Assembly: GCF_964355755.1 (NCBI RefSeq) | Contig: NC_092680.1 | Span: 14,889,045-14,953,044, forward strand | Source: Antedon mediterranea | Lineage: Eukaryota; Animalia; Echinodermata | Reading direction: 5' to 3' | DNA: 64,000 nt | Shown: positions 37,946 through 50,400 of the stretch, one piece after another | How the letters are laid out: every line of letters starts with the position of its first letter | Position numbering within the stretch: position 1 is the first letter of the stretch | Notes under the pieces: model-generated | What the model was told of the DNA's origin: nothing | The model's database searches: none | The model's input: only the letters and a program-made list of their open reading frames with translations | Made by a program: the position numbers and the translations under genes

Positions 37946-39886
37946 TTGTATAAAATAACATTTTTATTTTCCTTATAGGAAAATGAACTTCAATTCATTG
38001 TCTTTTTGAAACAAATGTGTTAAAAAGTTCAAAAGTTATAAATTAATAATAACCAAGTATTCTGGATTGAGCCGACGTGGGTGTAAGTAAGGTTAAATGG
38101 TTGAGGATGTTATAAAACATTGTAATTAGGTGCATTTTCATTTGTTGGTGATTCACTGATCAATTTAGAAGGCATTGAAATCTGTGAAACGATATACAAC
38201 GAATACCCTTCATTTAAGTAGATTTCAGAGTTCATGATTTAGATATTTACAATTTATAATACCGTACCACTACTTCAATTGTACCTAATAGGCCTATTCT
38301 TTTCCCCCCAAAAAACCGAAATATATGATACATTCGTATTCAAAACAAGGCCAATTCACAATCAAGGAAGTGTAGACAGTTATAGTGAACACACGTTATC
38401 TCTATTATTCAATGGACAGACTTCAAATTTGATTCCTGCCCGCTCTAGGGCCGGGCGCGACGCAAGGAAGTACGCGCAACGTAAATTAACCAATTGTTCG
38501 TTCCGTCCTAGTTACAACCTGTTGACTCACAAGCGCAGTACACGTGGCATTCTTTCCTTTGACAACTGTTAGTTTTATTAGCAGTATTATGTCCATCTTT
38601 GTTTCCATCCGTACCTATTTTCTCCTAGTCAATGCGACTCATCAATATACCTGTACTGGTCTTTTTTTCTGAATGTAACATTATTATTGGCAGGTTTCAT
38701 TACATTCAAGGATTATTAATTAATAAATGAAAGCTATACAATGATTTAAAAAACCTACTAATTGGTTTAATAGTCAACATATATGACTATTTCCCCACAA
38801 AATAATAATTTCCTTCTAGTTCCTTCGTAAGATACAGTCAAAGTTTAGTCTATATATTTTATAGTAACACATTTCAAACTCATTGATATCTTGAATTGAT
38901 ATTAATATTTCTTCGTAGTGAAGTTAATGTTGATGATATTGTGTAATTTGTTTCCTGTCATGTTTATTTTCTATATCTGTTTAACATTTCTATTGTTTAT
39001 TAGGGCCTACTAATATAAACCGTTGCTACAACATTGGTAATAACCGGAAATTCGTGTAATGTTTTACCGATATTGACTGTCATGTATGCAAATTTAAGGC
39101 ATTTTAAATTTTTTTTAAATGTATAAATCGAAAGAACAATCGTTTTTACACAGGAACATACTCATTTTAGTGGAAATAGTTACCTTAAGTAATTGAAAAT
39201 CAGTAAAATTCTTATATTAAACATTATTATAAAAAATACTCGTAGCACCACTTATTTCACAATTCTCGTTCTGCTCTTTGTCACACAATAAGTGAGGTAA
39301 TTATAAAAGACTTATATTTTATATTAAACATTGGAATATTTTATACCCGGAACTATACCCTTTCATCATACTGTAATTGGTTTTTGTATTTAAAAAAAAT
39401 TAGAGAAATTTTTAAATGTTGGATTCTTTATGTGTATTTTTTCCTGGACTGTGAGATCATTTATTACTACTTTCTTATTCAATCAGCATTACGGAAATAT
39501 TCATTAACGATAAAGAAAACAAAATCATAATGTTAAACCCATGCTAATACGTTGTTTCTGGTTTTTTTTCGAAGCTTATAATTTAAAATTTTTGCGATTG
39601 TTTGCAACAAAATGGAAGTTGAAAGTAGAAAAATATCAGGCCTATTAGTAACAAACTATAATTAAAATAAGAAAACGATTATCAAATTAATTTCGAACTA
39701 AAAACCGAGAAGATAATTTAAAAAGGAAATCCAGTTGCCATGTCAATGGGCCTAGAACTGTATGCTTTATTTCAGCAGTTTTTTGCCCTTTTTCCCACTT
39801 TCTAGGGAGTCACTGGATATGGTATTGGTTAAACTACCTAACTACTGAAAAGGTTTGTATTTGACAATTTTAAGAAAAATTCATGT

Positions 39887-39975
39887 TTTAGTCGCGTGCA
39901 ACGCGACTCTACAGCTCACTATGTCGGTCGGTTGGTCGGTAAACGCAAACCTGAGCACGCGGCTGCAGCCATGTT
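39887..39975 (+). mobile_element. Short HINE-like repeat, second copy
   Basis: TTTTAGTCGCGTGCAACGCGACTCTACAGCTCACTATGTCGGTCGGTTGGTCGGT...CACGCGGCTGCAGCCATGT. Confidence 0.5.
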
Positions 39976-40833
39976 ACACATATTTGTTTTATGTGTACAT
40001 TTAACCATATTTTAAATTCATACCTGTAACTAAGCTTTAATTCATGCTTTAATATTATTAATATACATACTAAACATTACAAAGATAACCCAAAATACTT
40101 TGATATTCCTACAGATAGGCCTGCAATCTAATCTAAATTCATTCATTCTGCTTTTATTCAATATTTCTCTTTGCAGTATATATAAAATAAAACTGAATTG
40201 CGAGAGATTTACATATAAAATTGGTACAAGCTTTCAAACATCAAAATTGGAAGAAACTGATGAAAGTACTTATTACTTATTATTATTATTATTGTTGTGT
40301 TTATTTTGGTTTATTAATTAGTCTACACAGTGCTGGGAAACATGAGTTGTTGGAAAAATAATTACATGAATGCCGTTTTTAAATCATTTTACGCGTTTTT
40401 AATGAGCCGGGCTTTTTTTTAGAGATTATTGTTATTTAGCTACTTTTGTTTTGTGATAAGAATTACATGAGCCTAGCCTAGTAGACAACTGCTATCGAAA
40501 CAAGTTTTTAAATGACGTATCTGTAACTAATAGTAACCGTTTGGTGATTCGTCGTAAGTTATTCGTTACTTCGCACCTGCGCAACAAACACTTAGTGTCT
40601 GTGGGAGTGAAGATAATAAAGGGTGCAAGACCATCTGAATGTAAATAATTATCGCCGGAAATCTCCCCAGAGAAGCAAAAAGTGTAACAGGAAAGAGTGA
40701 TTTTGCTTTCTTTGAGTCAGTTAAAATAAAAAGCCTGACACCGATCTCTCTATACCATTTGAGATCTTGAAGCGTTTGGAACCTACTGATATATTTTGCT
40801 TTTAAAGTTGCTGGTACGACAAAAGCATAAACC

Positions 40834-43025
40834 ATGAAGACCTTTATGATGACCATTTGTTTATTGCTGGTTGCAATTGGTAAGTTTTTTTATATTATAA
40901 AATATATATAAATAGGCTATTTAATTTATTTTGTACTGTTCTATACTTTCATTTAGAAGTATTAGGTATTTTGAAGATGAGTTAATACTTGTTATTGTGC
41001 TTCTTACAATAATGTTTCTCTATAAAGTGTTGACACTTTTACCCTTTCTCTGTATGTTCGTTCAACCAGCGTTCAACTATATTTTTATGTAGAAATAATA
41101 GGAAATATAGTAATTGAATAAACTTGCATTCGTTTCTGATTTTCTATATTTGGGTTATACAAATGTTTATCATCGAAAATGTTGATATTTCATAGTTTAT
41201 GAATATATATATATATATTAAAACATATACCGTATTCCTTTTGTGAGAACTATGGTTAATAAATTAATACAATTGAAATTGAATTAAATTTGTATAGGGG
41301 CTATGAAAATCATTTCTGCAAAGAAAAAGAAAAGTCAGAAATATAAGGTTACACAATATCATATTTAGAAAACCCGATTAATATAAAAATTTAAAATGAA
41401 AGTATTAACAAATACTGTAACGGCAAATTGTGTTAAATGCGGTATTTTAAAGATGTGTTGTCCCCAAACAACATGACAAATGAGGTTAATAAAAAAACTT
41501 TAAATAGGCTATTTTCGTTGAAAAATTATTTCACTTATAAAAAGACAAAAAAAAAAACCGGTTAAATACAGTTTTCAGGTAGGCCTAAATAATATTTTGT
41601 GAAAAAAGTGAATAAATATTAAAAACATTAAAAACAATTTTTTTTTTCAGGGAGACAAAAATATATCTTAAAATAATTGCCTCAAGTAAATATATTTAAG
41701 TCCCTCAAAAGCCCTGATGTGTATAAATCAAGTTATCACATCTTCTAACATCAATTCAAAGTTCAATAGGATTAGGATAATATTTATGCTATCCAAAATA
41801 CATAACTTTTAAACTCCTCAGAGTATTTTCCAATCATTTTGAACAACATATTAAGGCTTCAAATTAATTCCGAGATTAGTGTATGCTCTATCTCATTAAA
41901 AAAAATAATTTATCGTGACTTTCAAAATGAAACATGTTTTATTAAATTTGCCAAAATATTAATTGATATTAATAGGAAAGTTTAATTATAAAATAGATTA
42001 CCTAAATTTCCGAAAAGACAAAATGATTTGATTAGTTTTTAGTCCAGTTGGCCTATATCAACAAGAACATTACTAAACAAGTAAAATAATATTTCCAAAA
42101 GTAGATCATGATAAAAAGGATGTTTACCTTATTTTCCATATAAGGCAAAGCTGAATATATGTCCAATATGGAAAGTAATTAATTTAGAAGATCTTTTCTT
42201 GCCTTTTCTACTAAATGATCTCTAGGTGACCTGTGATAGTATCTCTGACTCAGACCCGACACGAGGTGGTACATTACCATAGGAAATTCAATTATAAAGT
42301 TTCCTATTCTTTTTTATACACACTTCACTTCACTCAAACACGTGATTTACCTAAAATAACTAATTCAGAATTAGTAGTTTGAGTCCTCAACTAAGAATTA
42401 CTTTTAAATGTCCAATAGGTTTATGTAATTATTAATTATAATTAAAAGGAAAAATAATTTGATTGTTATATTATGTTTTTTTCATGTTATTACAGCATCA
42501 GCTCAGTATCGATCTACAACCCCAAAATACTTCGCCCCAGTTGCTGGTGGAGGCGGGGTTAACATCAACGACCCAAACATCAACAGGAACAACCCACACA
42601 TGAACAACCCAATGAACAACCCAAACGTCAACATCAATGATCCAAACTTTGCACAGCCCGCTAATGGTATGGGACAGTTCTCATCATATAACAAAAACGG
42701 TGGTGCTTCATCTTATTTTGCCAATAATGGTGCAAGTATGCCCCCTAATATTGCAGCCGGAGGTCTATCAAACAGCGCAGAAAACGTAGCTGACACACAA
42801 GGCCTAGGAGCATCAATTAATGACGTCGATGGTTCTGATGCAGCTGATGGCAGCTTCCTAAATCTGGATAATGATAGCGACTCAGAAGCAAGCATGAAGC
42901 AAGGAGTGAACGCAACCGCTCTTGGAGTTGTCTTAACGATCATCATCGTTCTCGGCATCTTCGGAGTAGTTGCAATTATTCTAATCCGCCAACGACGACG
43001 ACAACAACTAAATCGTTTAGAATAA
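40834..43025 (+). CDS. P16-like small acidic single-pass membrane protein (~191 aa, 2 exons), candidate biomineralisation protein
   Basis: Exon 1 40834-40879 (MKTFMMTICLLLVAI, phase-1 GTAAGT) and exon 2 42496-43025 (ASAQYRS..., N/P-rich repeats, G/A/S-rich region, acidic DGSDAADGS...DNDSDSE, TM, basic RQRRR tail). The gene model is strong. The P16 assignment rests on architecture only. Confidence 0.8.
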
Positions 43026-43652
43026 ATTGTCAACTAAACTATAGACTTATATGAGATGCAACTTTTTTATTATACTCACCGGAAAAAGATTATTTTAGTA
43101 AATTTTGCATTGAACTTTTATGAACATCAAATTTGGCTGTTTCAGTATAATGAGTATAATCTTTAATATTGTAATGTAGGCTGGCCTCCCTAGAAACTTC
43201 CTGGCGAATATAATATTAATTGCATGGTAACATGATACTTTATATTTCGGTTGTCGTAATTCTAGCAGATTGATCTGTAGGCCTATGCTAGGCTTAGGTC
43301 TATGGAATTTATGATACCGTGTTTAGTGCGTAAATTAAGTGACTAGGCCTACAAGGCCTTGTAAAATTATAGACCCAAAACTCCCAATCAACCATTATAA
43401 AGTTAGCATTAGTACATGGTTATAATTTGCGTGCAATACTTTAGAAGTGTGTCCTTCTAAATGACGTAATCCCAGAAAAATTTAAATAAAATGATTTGAC
43501 ATCGTAAAATAATAATGCGTTTATTGATTACTTGTTCCTGAGTTACTATTTTGTCTCTGACGCATTAGTACCTTGGTTAGTTAGTTCTAAACTGTTTGAT
43601 GGCAATTAGTGTACGCCTATTTCTGGTTAAATTTGAAGCGTATACAGAGAGT

Positions 43653-43750
43653 TAAGCGCTGTCTCTCAAACTTTATGTTACACAATGTGACGTCACATAA
43701 CTGCCATATTTGGGCACATTACACTTTGTCAAACTAGTTTGATAGTGTTT
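43653..43750. mobile_element. Tourist/Harbinger-like MITE, degenerate copy
   Basis: CTGTCTCTCAAACTTTATGT...CCATATTTGGGCACATTACACTTTGTCAAACTAGTTTGATAGTG. Confidence 0.5.
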
Positions 43751-44449
43751 CAGATAACTACGATGCATAATGTTATTTTATATTGGTTCAAGAGACGCAT
43801 GCGCAGCATACAAAGTCACTGGTGGAAGAATACATTCAATTCTGATATGTAAAGAAAAATTGAATTGAATAGTCCTGTACCTCTTGTCTGACTCGTCACA
43901 CGGAGCTACACATTGCAGATAGGGGAGATGTCCTATTACGACACTTGTCATTCAATATTAAATTTACGCTGACATTGTGTATCTTTACCGTGTTTTTGAC
44001 CCCATTTAAAAATGTAATTTTCGGGTGTGAGGTCAATTAAAACACTTCATCTAAATAAGGACACGCTTGGATCACGTCATTGTTGCCAGTTAATCATTAC
44101 ACATTGTCGGCGTAGCTTCAATTGACCATTTCGTCCAGCATTGTTTTGACTGAGCTAATCAGTAATTTTGTTTAAAAATAGAAAAAGAGCATGAACGTAT
44201 TGAACATTAATTACACTATATTCATAAAAGAAGTAATCCGCTACACTAGACCAATATACAAAAAACACTTATATAACAATGAAAAGATAAAGTAACACTT
44301 ATACTAGCCCTCGAATTGTTTGCTGCATTAAAAAAAGATAATCTATATAATTCTGATGACAATACCAGCAGAAAATTATTATACGTTTCATCATTGAATA
44401 TATTCTAATTTAGGAGTATGGCACAGTTCAGATAAACCTTGGTTGTACA

Positions 44450-47400
44450 ATGTGTCGTTGGTATTTGGTTGTTCTCTTTGTAGTCTTTAGTTACTGTTCT
44501 ATTGCTGTTTGTGATTTGAACTGCGGGTTTGAGCAAGACTTATGTGGGTTTACCACAGAATCAGAATTGGGATGGAGAAGAAGAAATGCAAGCATGAGTC
44601 AACTACCAGAAACAGACCATACTCTTAGAGCTGAATCCGGTAAGCAATGTTGTAAGGAAATGGTTAGTGGCACTAGTCTTAGCTATATAGGCCTACCTAC
44701 CGTGCCAGTTTCAGCACAAAAGATAAGGACAACCCCAAAAAACTAATACCAATAGGGTTTACTGAATTTTAGGCTTATTTTAAATTATGAGATATCTACG
44801 TATATGACCTTCTATAAATCTTAAACATGATGAAAGTAGTTTAAAATATTTCTTTTATTCTGAGATTGAGTCTTTTTGTAGTGTTTCTTCTTTTTAGAAA
44901 CTAGAAAAAAATTACAAATCTAGAGTCGAGAATTTATTAAACATATGAAAAAGAAGGAATCTTACATTTTTGGTCAAATTTCCATTATTAAAACACTTGC
45001 ATTGTCTAAGTTTATATATAACACAAGTATACCGTAATTAATGTTTCAAAAGATATTATAAAACAAATAGAAAAGCTACTACTATATACGTTTCATGGGA
45101 ACTAGAAGTGAAAAGATAAAAAGAACAATCTTAATTAAAAATCTCAAAGAAGGTGGTTTAAACATGCCAGATATTAGCTCTGTGGCTGAATCACTTAAAC
45201 TAAATTTGGTCAAGCGACTGTTTAGTCCAGATTCAGGTAAATGGAAATGCATACCAAAATATTTCCTTCACCCAATTGAATATACAGAAAAAATTACTAA
45301 ACTTAATTTAGATGATCATGCTAACTTGAGAGATATGCCTACATTCTACAAGAATATGATGAATGCTGTTGTAAAATGTAATAATATTGTGTATCCAGAA
45401 CCAACAACTTTAATAGAAATAAAAAATCAACAATTATGAGAAAAGAAGTTTATAGTATCTAAAAAAACATTTGTACTTCAAATCATAGTTATATTCTGAT
45501 TTTAAAAACAATTGGTGATATATTTATAAATACGAGTACGAACTGCAGGTGAAATAATTTAAAATTTGTATAAAAAACATAATGGTTTAAATGAGTAATT
45601 TCAGGTTATGAATGCCAAACTAAATGTGTGGAAAGAAGTTATTAGAAGAGACAATCCAAATAATCAAGATGTAGGTAGTAATGATTCATTGCTGCATAAG
45701 ACCATTAAAGGATTTATATACTATTAAATATTTTTATAAACAAACGTTCCAGTGAACCAGGTTCACAAAGTGGGAATGTGAACTAAATAACGTAGAAATA
45801 GATTGGAATAAAATATGATATTATGAGGTAAGATGAGACAACTTTAAACTCCTACATCGAATCTTACCGTGTGAAAAAAAGATTAAAACTATGGAATTTA
45901 GCAGAAAACAATTTATTTGACAATTGTATAAATCAGATTTAAAGGTGTGTTGTCTAATTACTTTCCAGCTGAAGATAATATTACTTTGTTTAAAATTGTT
46001 ACAGGAATAAAAAAAAAAACAATATTATAAATGAATTCGCTGTTTTTATTCTGTATATACAAGGTGTACACATAATGTCCAATGTTGAAAGAAAAGATAA
46101 AGATGAAAAAACATATCTGGATTCTTTTCACTCTTGAAGTGAAAAATCTAATAGAAAATGAACATATGTGTAACTTAAATAAGGCACAACAATAGGGTAC
46201 CAAAAAAAAAACTCTGCTACAATTGATAGCATGAAATATAAATTGTGTGAAGTGTTTTTTCATATTTTCTAAATGCAATATGTGTTTATTTCTCAAATAC
46301 GAATTGTATACAATAGTAGTATTATAATAAGATGACATCTGGTATGAATCGTTTTACATACACACAGAGCCAAAATGGCATCTTGGACTTGCAGTGTATG
46401 GATTCTAACCTTACGGTTTTCATTAATTATATCATTCCATGCTATCATCCTAATTATCTAAATTTCTTTTGCATTCCCGTTTTTTCATCTCATCCATTTT
46501 TTCTCGGTGAAAAGGGAGGATATTTATATTCCTCCTCTGAGTTTAAAGCCTCACTACCCGAACACGGACACAATTTTAAGTACGATTTTAATGACTGTAT
46601 AACCATGTTTTATCTATATATTTTAATTAACATCTTCTTTGAAAAGCAAATATGGTTCTATATTGAAGTATTATTATTATTATTATTATTATAATTATAT
46701 AAATATATTGTATTTTACTACTTTTAACACTGTAAGAATCGTAATAGCCTATGAAACAATAGAGAGGAAAAAATATGCAAATATTAATTGTCACAAATGA
46801 AGTACACACTGTCTGACGTGTCAGAGCTTTAGAGAAGAAGCATAAGCATATTGAACACATTTAGTGGGATAATATATACTCTATTTATTTATAATGCATT
46901 ATTACTACCAATATAATTTGTGCTAAATGATCTTACTAGGTAACATTATTGCATTGACGTGGATTGATTCCGACGAAACACAGCAACCAAGGCGCATTCG
47001 AACACCAGTAGTAAAACGAAGCGATCTTCTATATTGTCTGGAGTTCTATTACTTTGTAACAGAAATCAATAACAGAATTGAAGTGTTAATAGAACAAGAT
47101 GGCCAAGCTGTAGAAACTACTTCGATTTGGAATCGTACTGAACTCGCGTCATTCCAATGGAAACGTGCTTTGATAGACATTGATTCTGTCAAGTCGCACT
47201 TTGTGGTAGGTTTGCAACAATTAGCTTAAAAACAGTATTGGGTTTGAGATAAACATTATTCGATGTCTAAAAGAATGAATAACAATGAACCAGTAAGGAA
47301 TAATTACTTTAAGGTGCAACAAAAACCCCATAATATAATTTTAAAATTCCTGGCACATAAATGTTAGGTAAAATGAAGTCCCAAAAATGTTTTAACTACA

Positions 47401-50400
47401 CTTCAACTATAATGGTATGGATATTATCATACCAAGTAATTATCTATAAAAGTTTCTTCTATTGTTAAGTAACAAATATTTCTGAACGTATTTAGTATCT
47501 TAGCAATTGCCAAATCTATGAACAAAGATTGTAAATGTTCTTGAAACTGATCTTTCTACTCAAATCTTATCCATAATGGTAGATTATCTTTGAAGGGACA
47601 GTCTTCGATTCGGATCCGGTTGAATCACTTATTGCACTTGATGATATTAAGCTTCGAAGTGGCGCTTGTAATCAAGGTAAACAATTTGTAACAATGAGTC
47701 AGCAGTTCTATCATTCTGGTCTTTCCATAAAAAGGATTTAAAGAAGATGGTTGGAGATCAAATGAATATAAAAATAGACGTATAACATTGTTAAATATAA
47801 AAATTTGTCTTTTATCATACTCACTTCACGTATATTTCTGAGCCTATAAAGACAAGGCTGACCACGTCGTGTTCAGGTCTGAGCCCGATTTAAAGACAAG
47901 GCTGACCACGACGTGTTCATTTCTGAACCCGACTTAAAGACAAGATTGACTATGACGTGTTCATTTTTTAGCCCGACCTAACAACAAGACTGACCATGAC
48001 GTGTTCATTTTTTAGCCCGACCTAAAAACAAGGCTGGCCATGACGTGTTCATTTCTGAGCCCGACCTAAAGTCAAGGCTAACCACGACGTGTTCATTTCT
48101 GAGCCCGACCTAAAGACAAGACTGACCACGACGTGTTCTTTTCTGATCCCGACCTAAAGACAAGACAGACTATACTATGACGTGTTCATTTCTGAGCCCG
48201 ACCTAAAGACAAGACTGACCATGACGGGTTCATTTTTTAGCCCGACCTAAAAACAAGGCTGACCATGACGTGTTCTTTTCTGATCCCGACCTAAAGACAA
48301 GACTGACTATAACGTGTTCATTTTTTAGCCCGACCTAACAACAAGGTTGGCCATGACGTGTTCAGTTTTTAGCCCCACCGTAAAGACAAGGCTGACCAAG
48401 ACTTGTTCATTTCTGAGCCCGACCTATAGACAAGGTTGACCACAACGTTTTCATTTCTGAACCCGACCTAAAGACAAGACTGATCATGACGTGTTCATTT
48501 CCTCCCTTAAGAGTATAACGTAGTGGTAACATTCTAAAAATATTTAAAAGGAATTTTTTGTCTACATTCTATGTCCGACAATAGTTTTTAAGTTAGACAT
48601 TATTATTCAACACAAAGAAAATAGCCTACATTAACAATTTTCTTTTTCTAACTTAATCAAGAACCCAGATAGGCTTACAGTTTATAATGTTCGACTATCA
48701 TTATTGTTTAATTTTCACACAAAATTATTTATTCCAGCATTTTAGATAACGGAAAATAGAAAGTTAGGATATTACTTTACTTACAGAATTTGCTTGCGAT
48801 TTTGAGGATTCATTTTGTCTGGAGCAAGTTACTGGATCTGACCATTTTGATTGGAGAATTGGCAGTGGACAAACGACTTCCGTTAATACTGGTCCACGCT
48901 TTGACCATACACTGGACGACACGACAGGTATTCATCTTGGAATTGTTCCATGAAATTAACAAAAAAAATCTGACATTGGTGAAATTAAATAACATTTCAA
49001 ACAGCAACAACAACTAAACATTAATATAATTTCTGATAACTAACCGATCCTTGTAATCTTAGAAGTCGATCATTTTAAGTAGTGCCAATGATGGAACCCA
49101 TAATATTTTCTCTTTCCAAGTTATTCCTTCACAGCCATTTCCGTCTGCGATGACTATACTTCTTCATTCAAAAACAATCGTAGATTATAACACTTGATAA
49201 ACTACCAAGGTGAATGAATGAATTGTGATAATGCCACGCTGTAGGATTGCCTTTAATGTTGTTTAAGCATAAAAGTAATCTAAATCTAATTCATTGTAGG
49301 CCGTTATGCATACATCGAAACAAGCTCACCCAGACGACAGGGAGATGAAGCCATTTTGAAGACATTGGCCATCGCTCCATCATCTGACCTCAGGCCTCAT
49401 TGCCTCCATTTTTGGTACCATATGTATGGTGAGCATATAGAATCTTTAACTGTGAACATCTCTGTGGTGAATGACAGTGGACCAGGAGTAATGGTGTGGT
49501 CAAAATCTGGGAGTAGAGGAAACGTTTGGAGACCAGCGGAGATTGAACTGCGTCAAAATAACACATTTGAAGTAAGTAAACATTATGAATTATTATTCAT
49601 TTAGAATATAAAAATATTTGTTTTGTGTTCTGTTCAAAATTAATAATGGCACGGTTAAAATATTACTGTTATTTAAAAAATGTTGAATCATATTTCAATA
49701 AGAATATCATTTTTGTGGTTTCCCCCACAAATTAGAACGAGAAATATTAGCAGAAAGCAAGTGATAAAGAATTCCACTCTCCGTACTCTATCTTAATTTG
49801 TTCAGTATCTTAAGGTACAGCGTCACATATTCATAACAAATGTACAGTATACATATTTGTTTTTAAATAAAATAAAAATTGTTTTCCTGAATGTTTACAA
49901 CAAATGGTTGTTGTTTCTATATCTTGCACCAAACAGAGGGCTTCAATCATACAGCACTTTTCCTTGTTTTACTTGCTTGTAAGAGGCAAGATGGCATAAC
50001 TTATTTTCTGTAAATGTTATCAAATGCTTAACAATATCCAAGTGCATCTAATAATTAAATGAATGAATGTTTTGTATTAAAATGATAGGTAATGTTTCAA
50101 GCAGTACGCGGTGCAGGAATACGTGGGGATATAGCCATAGATGATATAAGTGTTGAATTAAGATCGTGTATTATTCATGGTATGTGTACAAATACATTGA
50201 TAAAGTAGGCCTACTTATAATCAGCCTTACAAACAAATGATCACTACACGAGACAGACAAATAAACGAACAGATTAACAGATGAAGAATTAAAAATAGAA
50301 CAAATGTCTTATGAACCAACATAAACCAATGAACGAATACATTACAGTAGTGCAGATAAATGGACATGTTAACGACTGGTTAAATATGAACGAACTTAAT

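Noticed and set aside
42503-43033. Minus-strand ORFs 42503-42694 and 42713-43033
   Set aside because: They are antisense shadows of the P16-like exon.
47830-48500. CRISPR-like regular array
   Set aside because: The units are contiguous 44-mers with no unique spacers, no cas genes are present, and the array lies in a eukaryotic intron.
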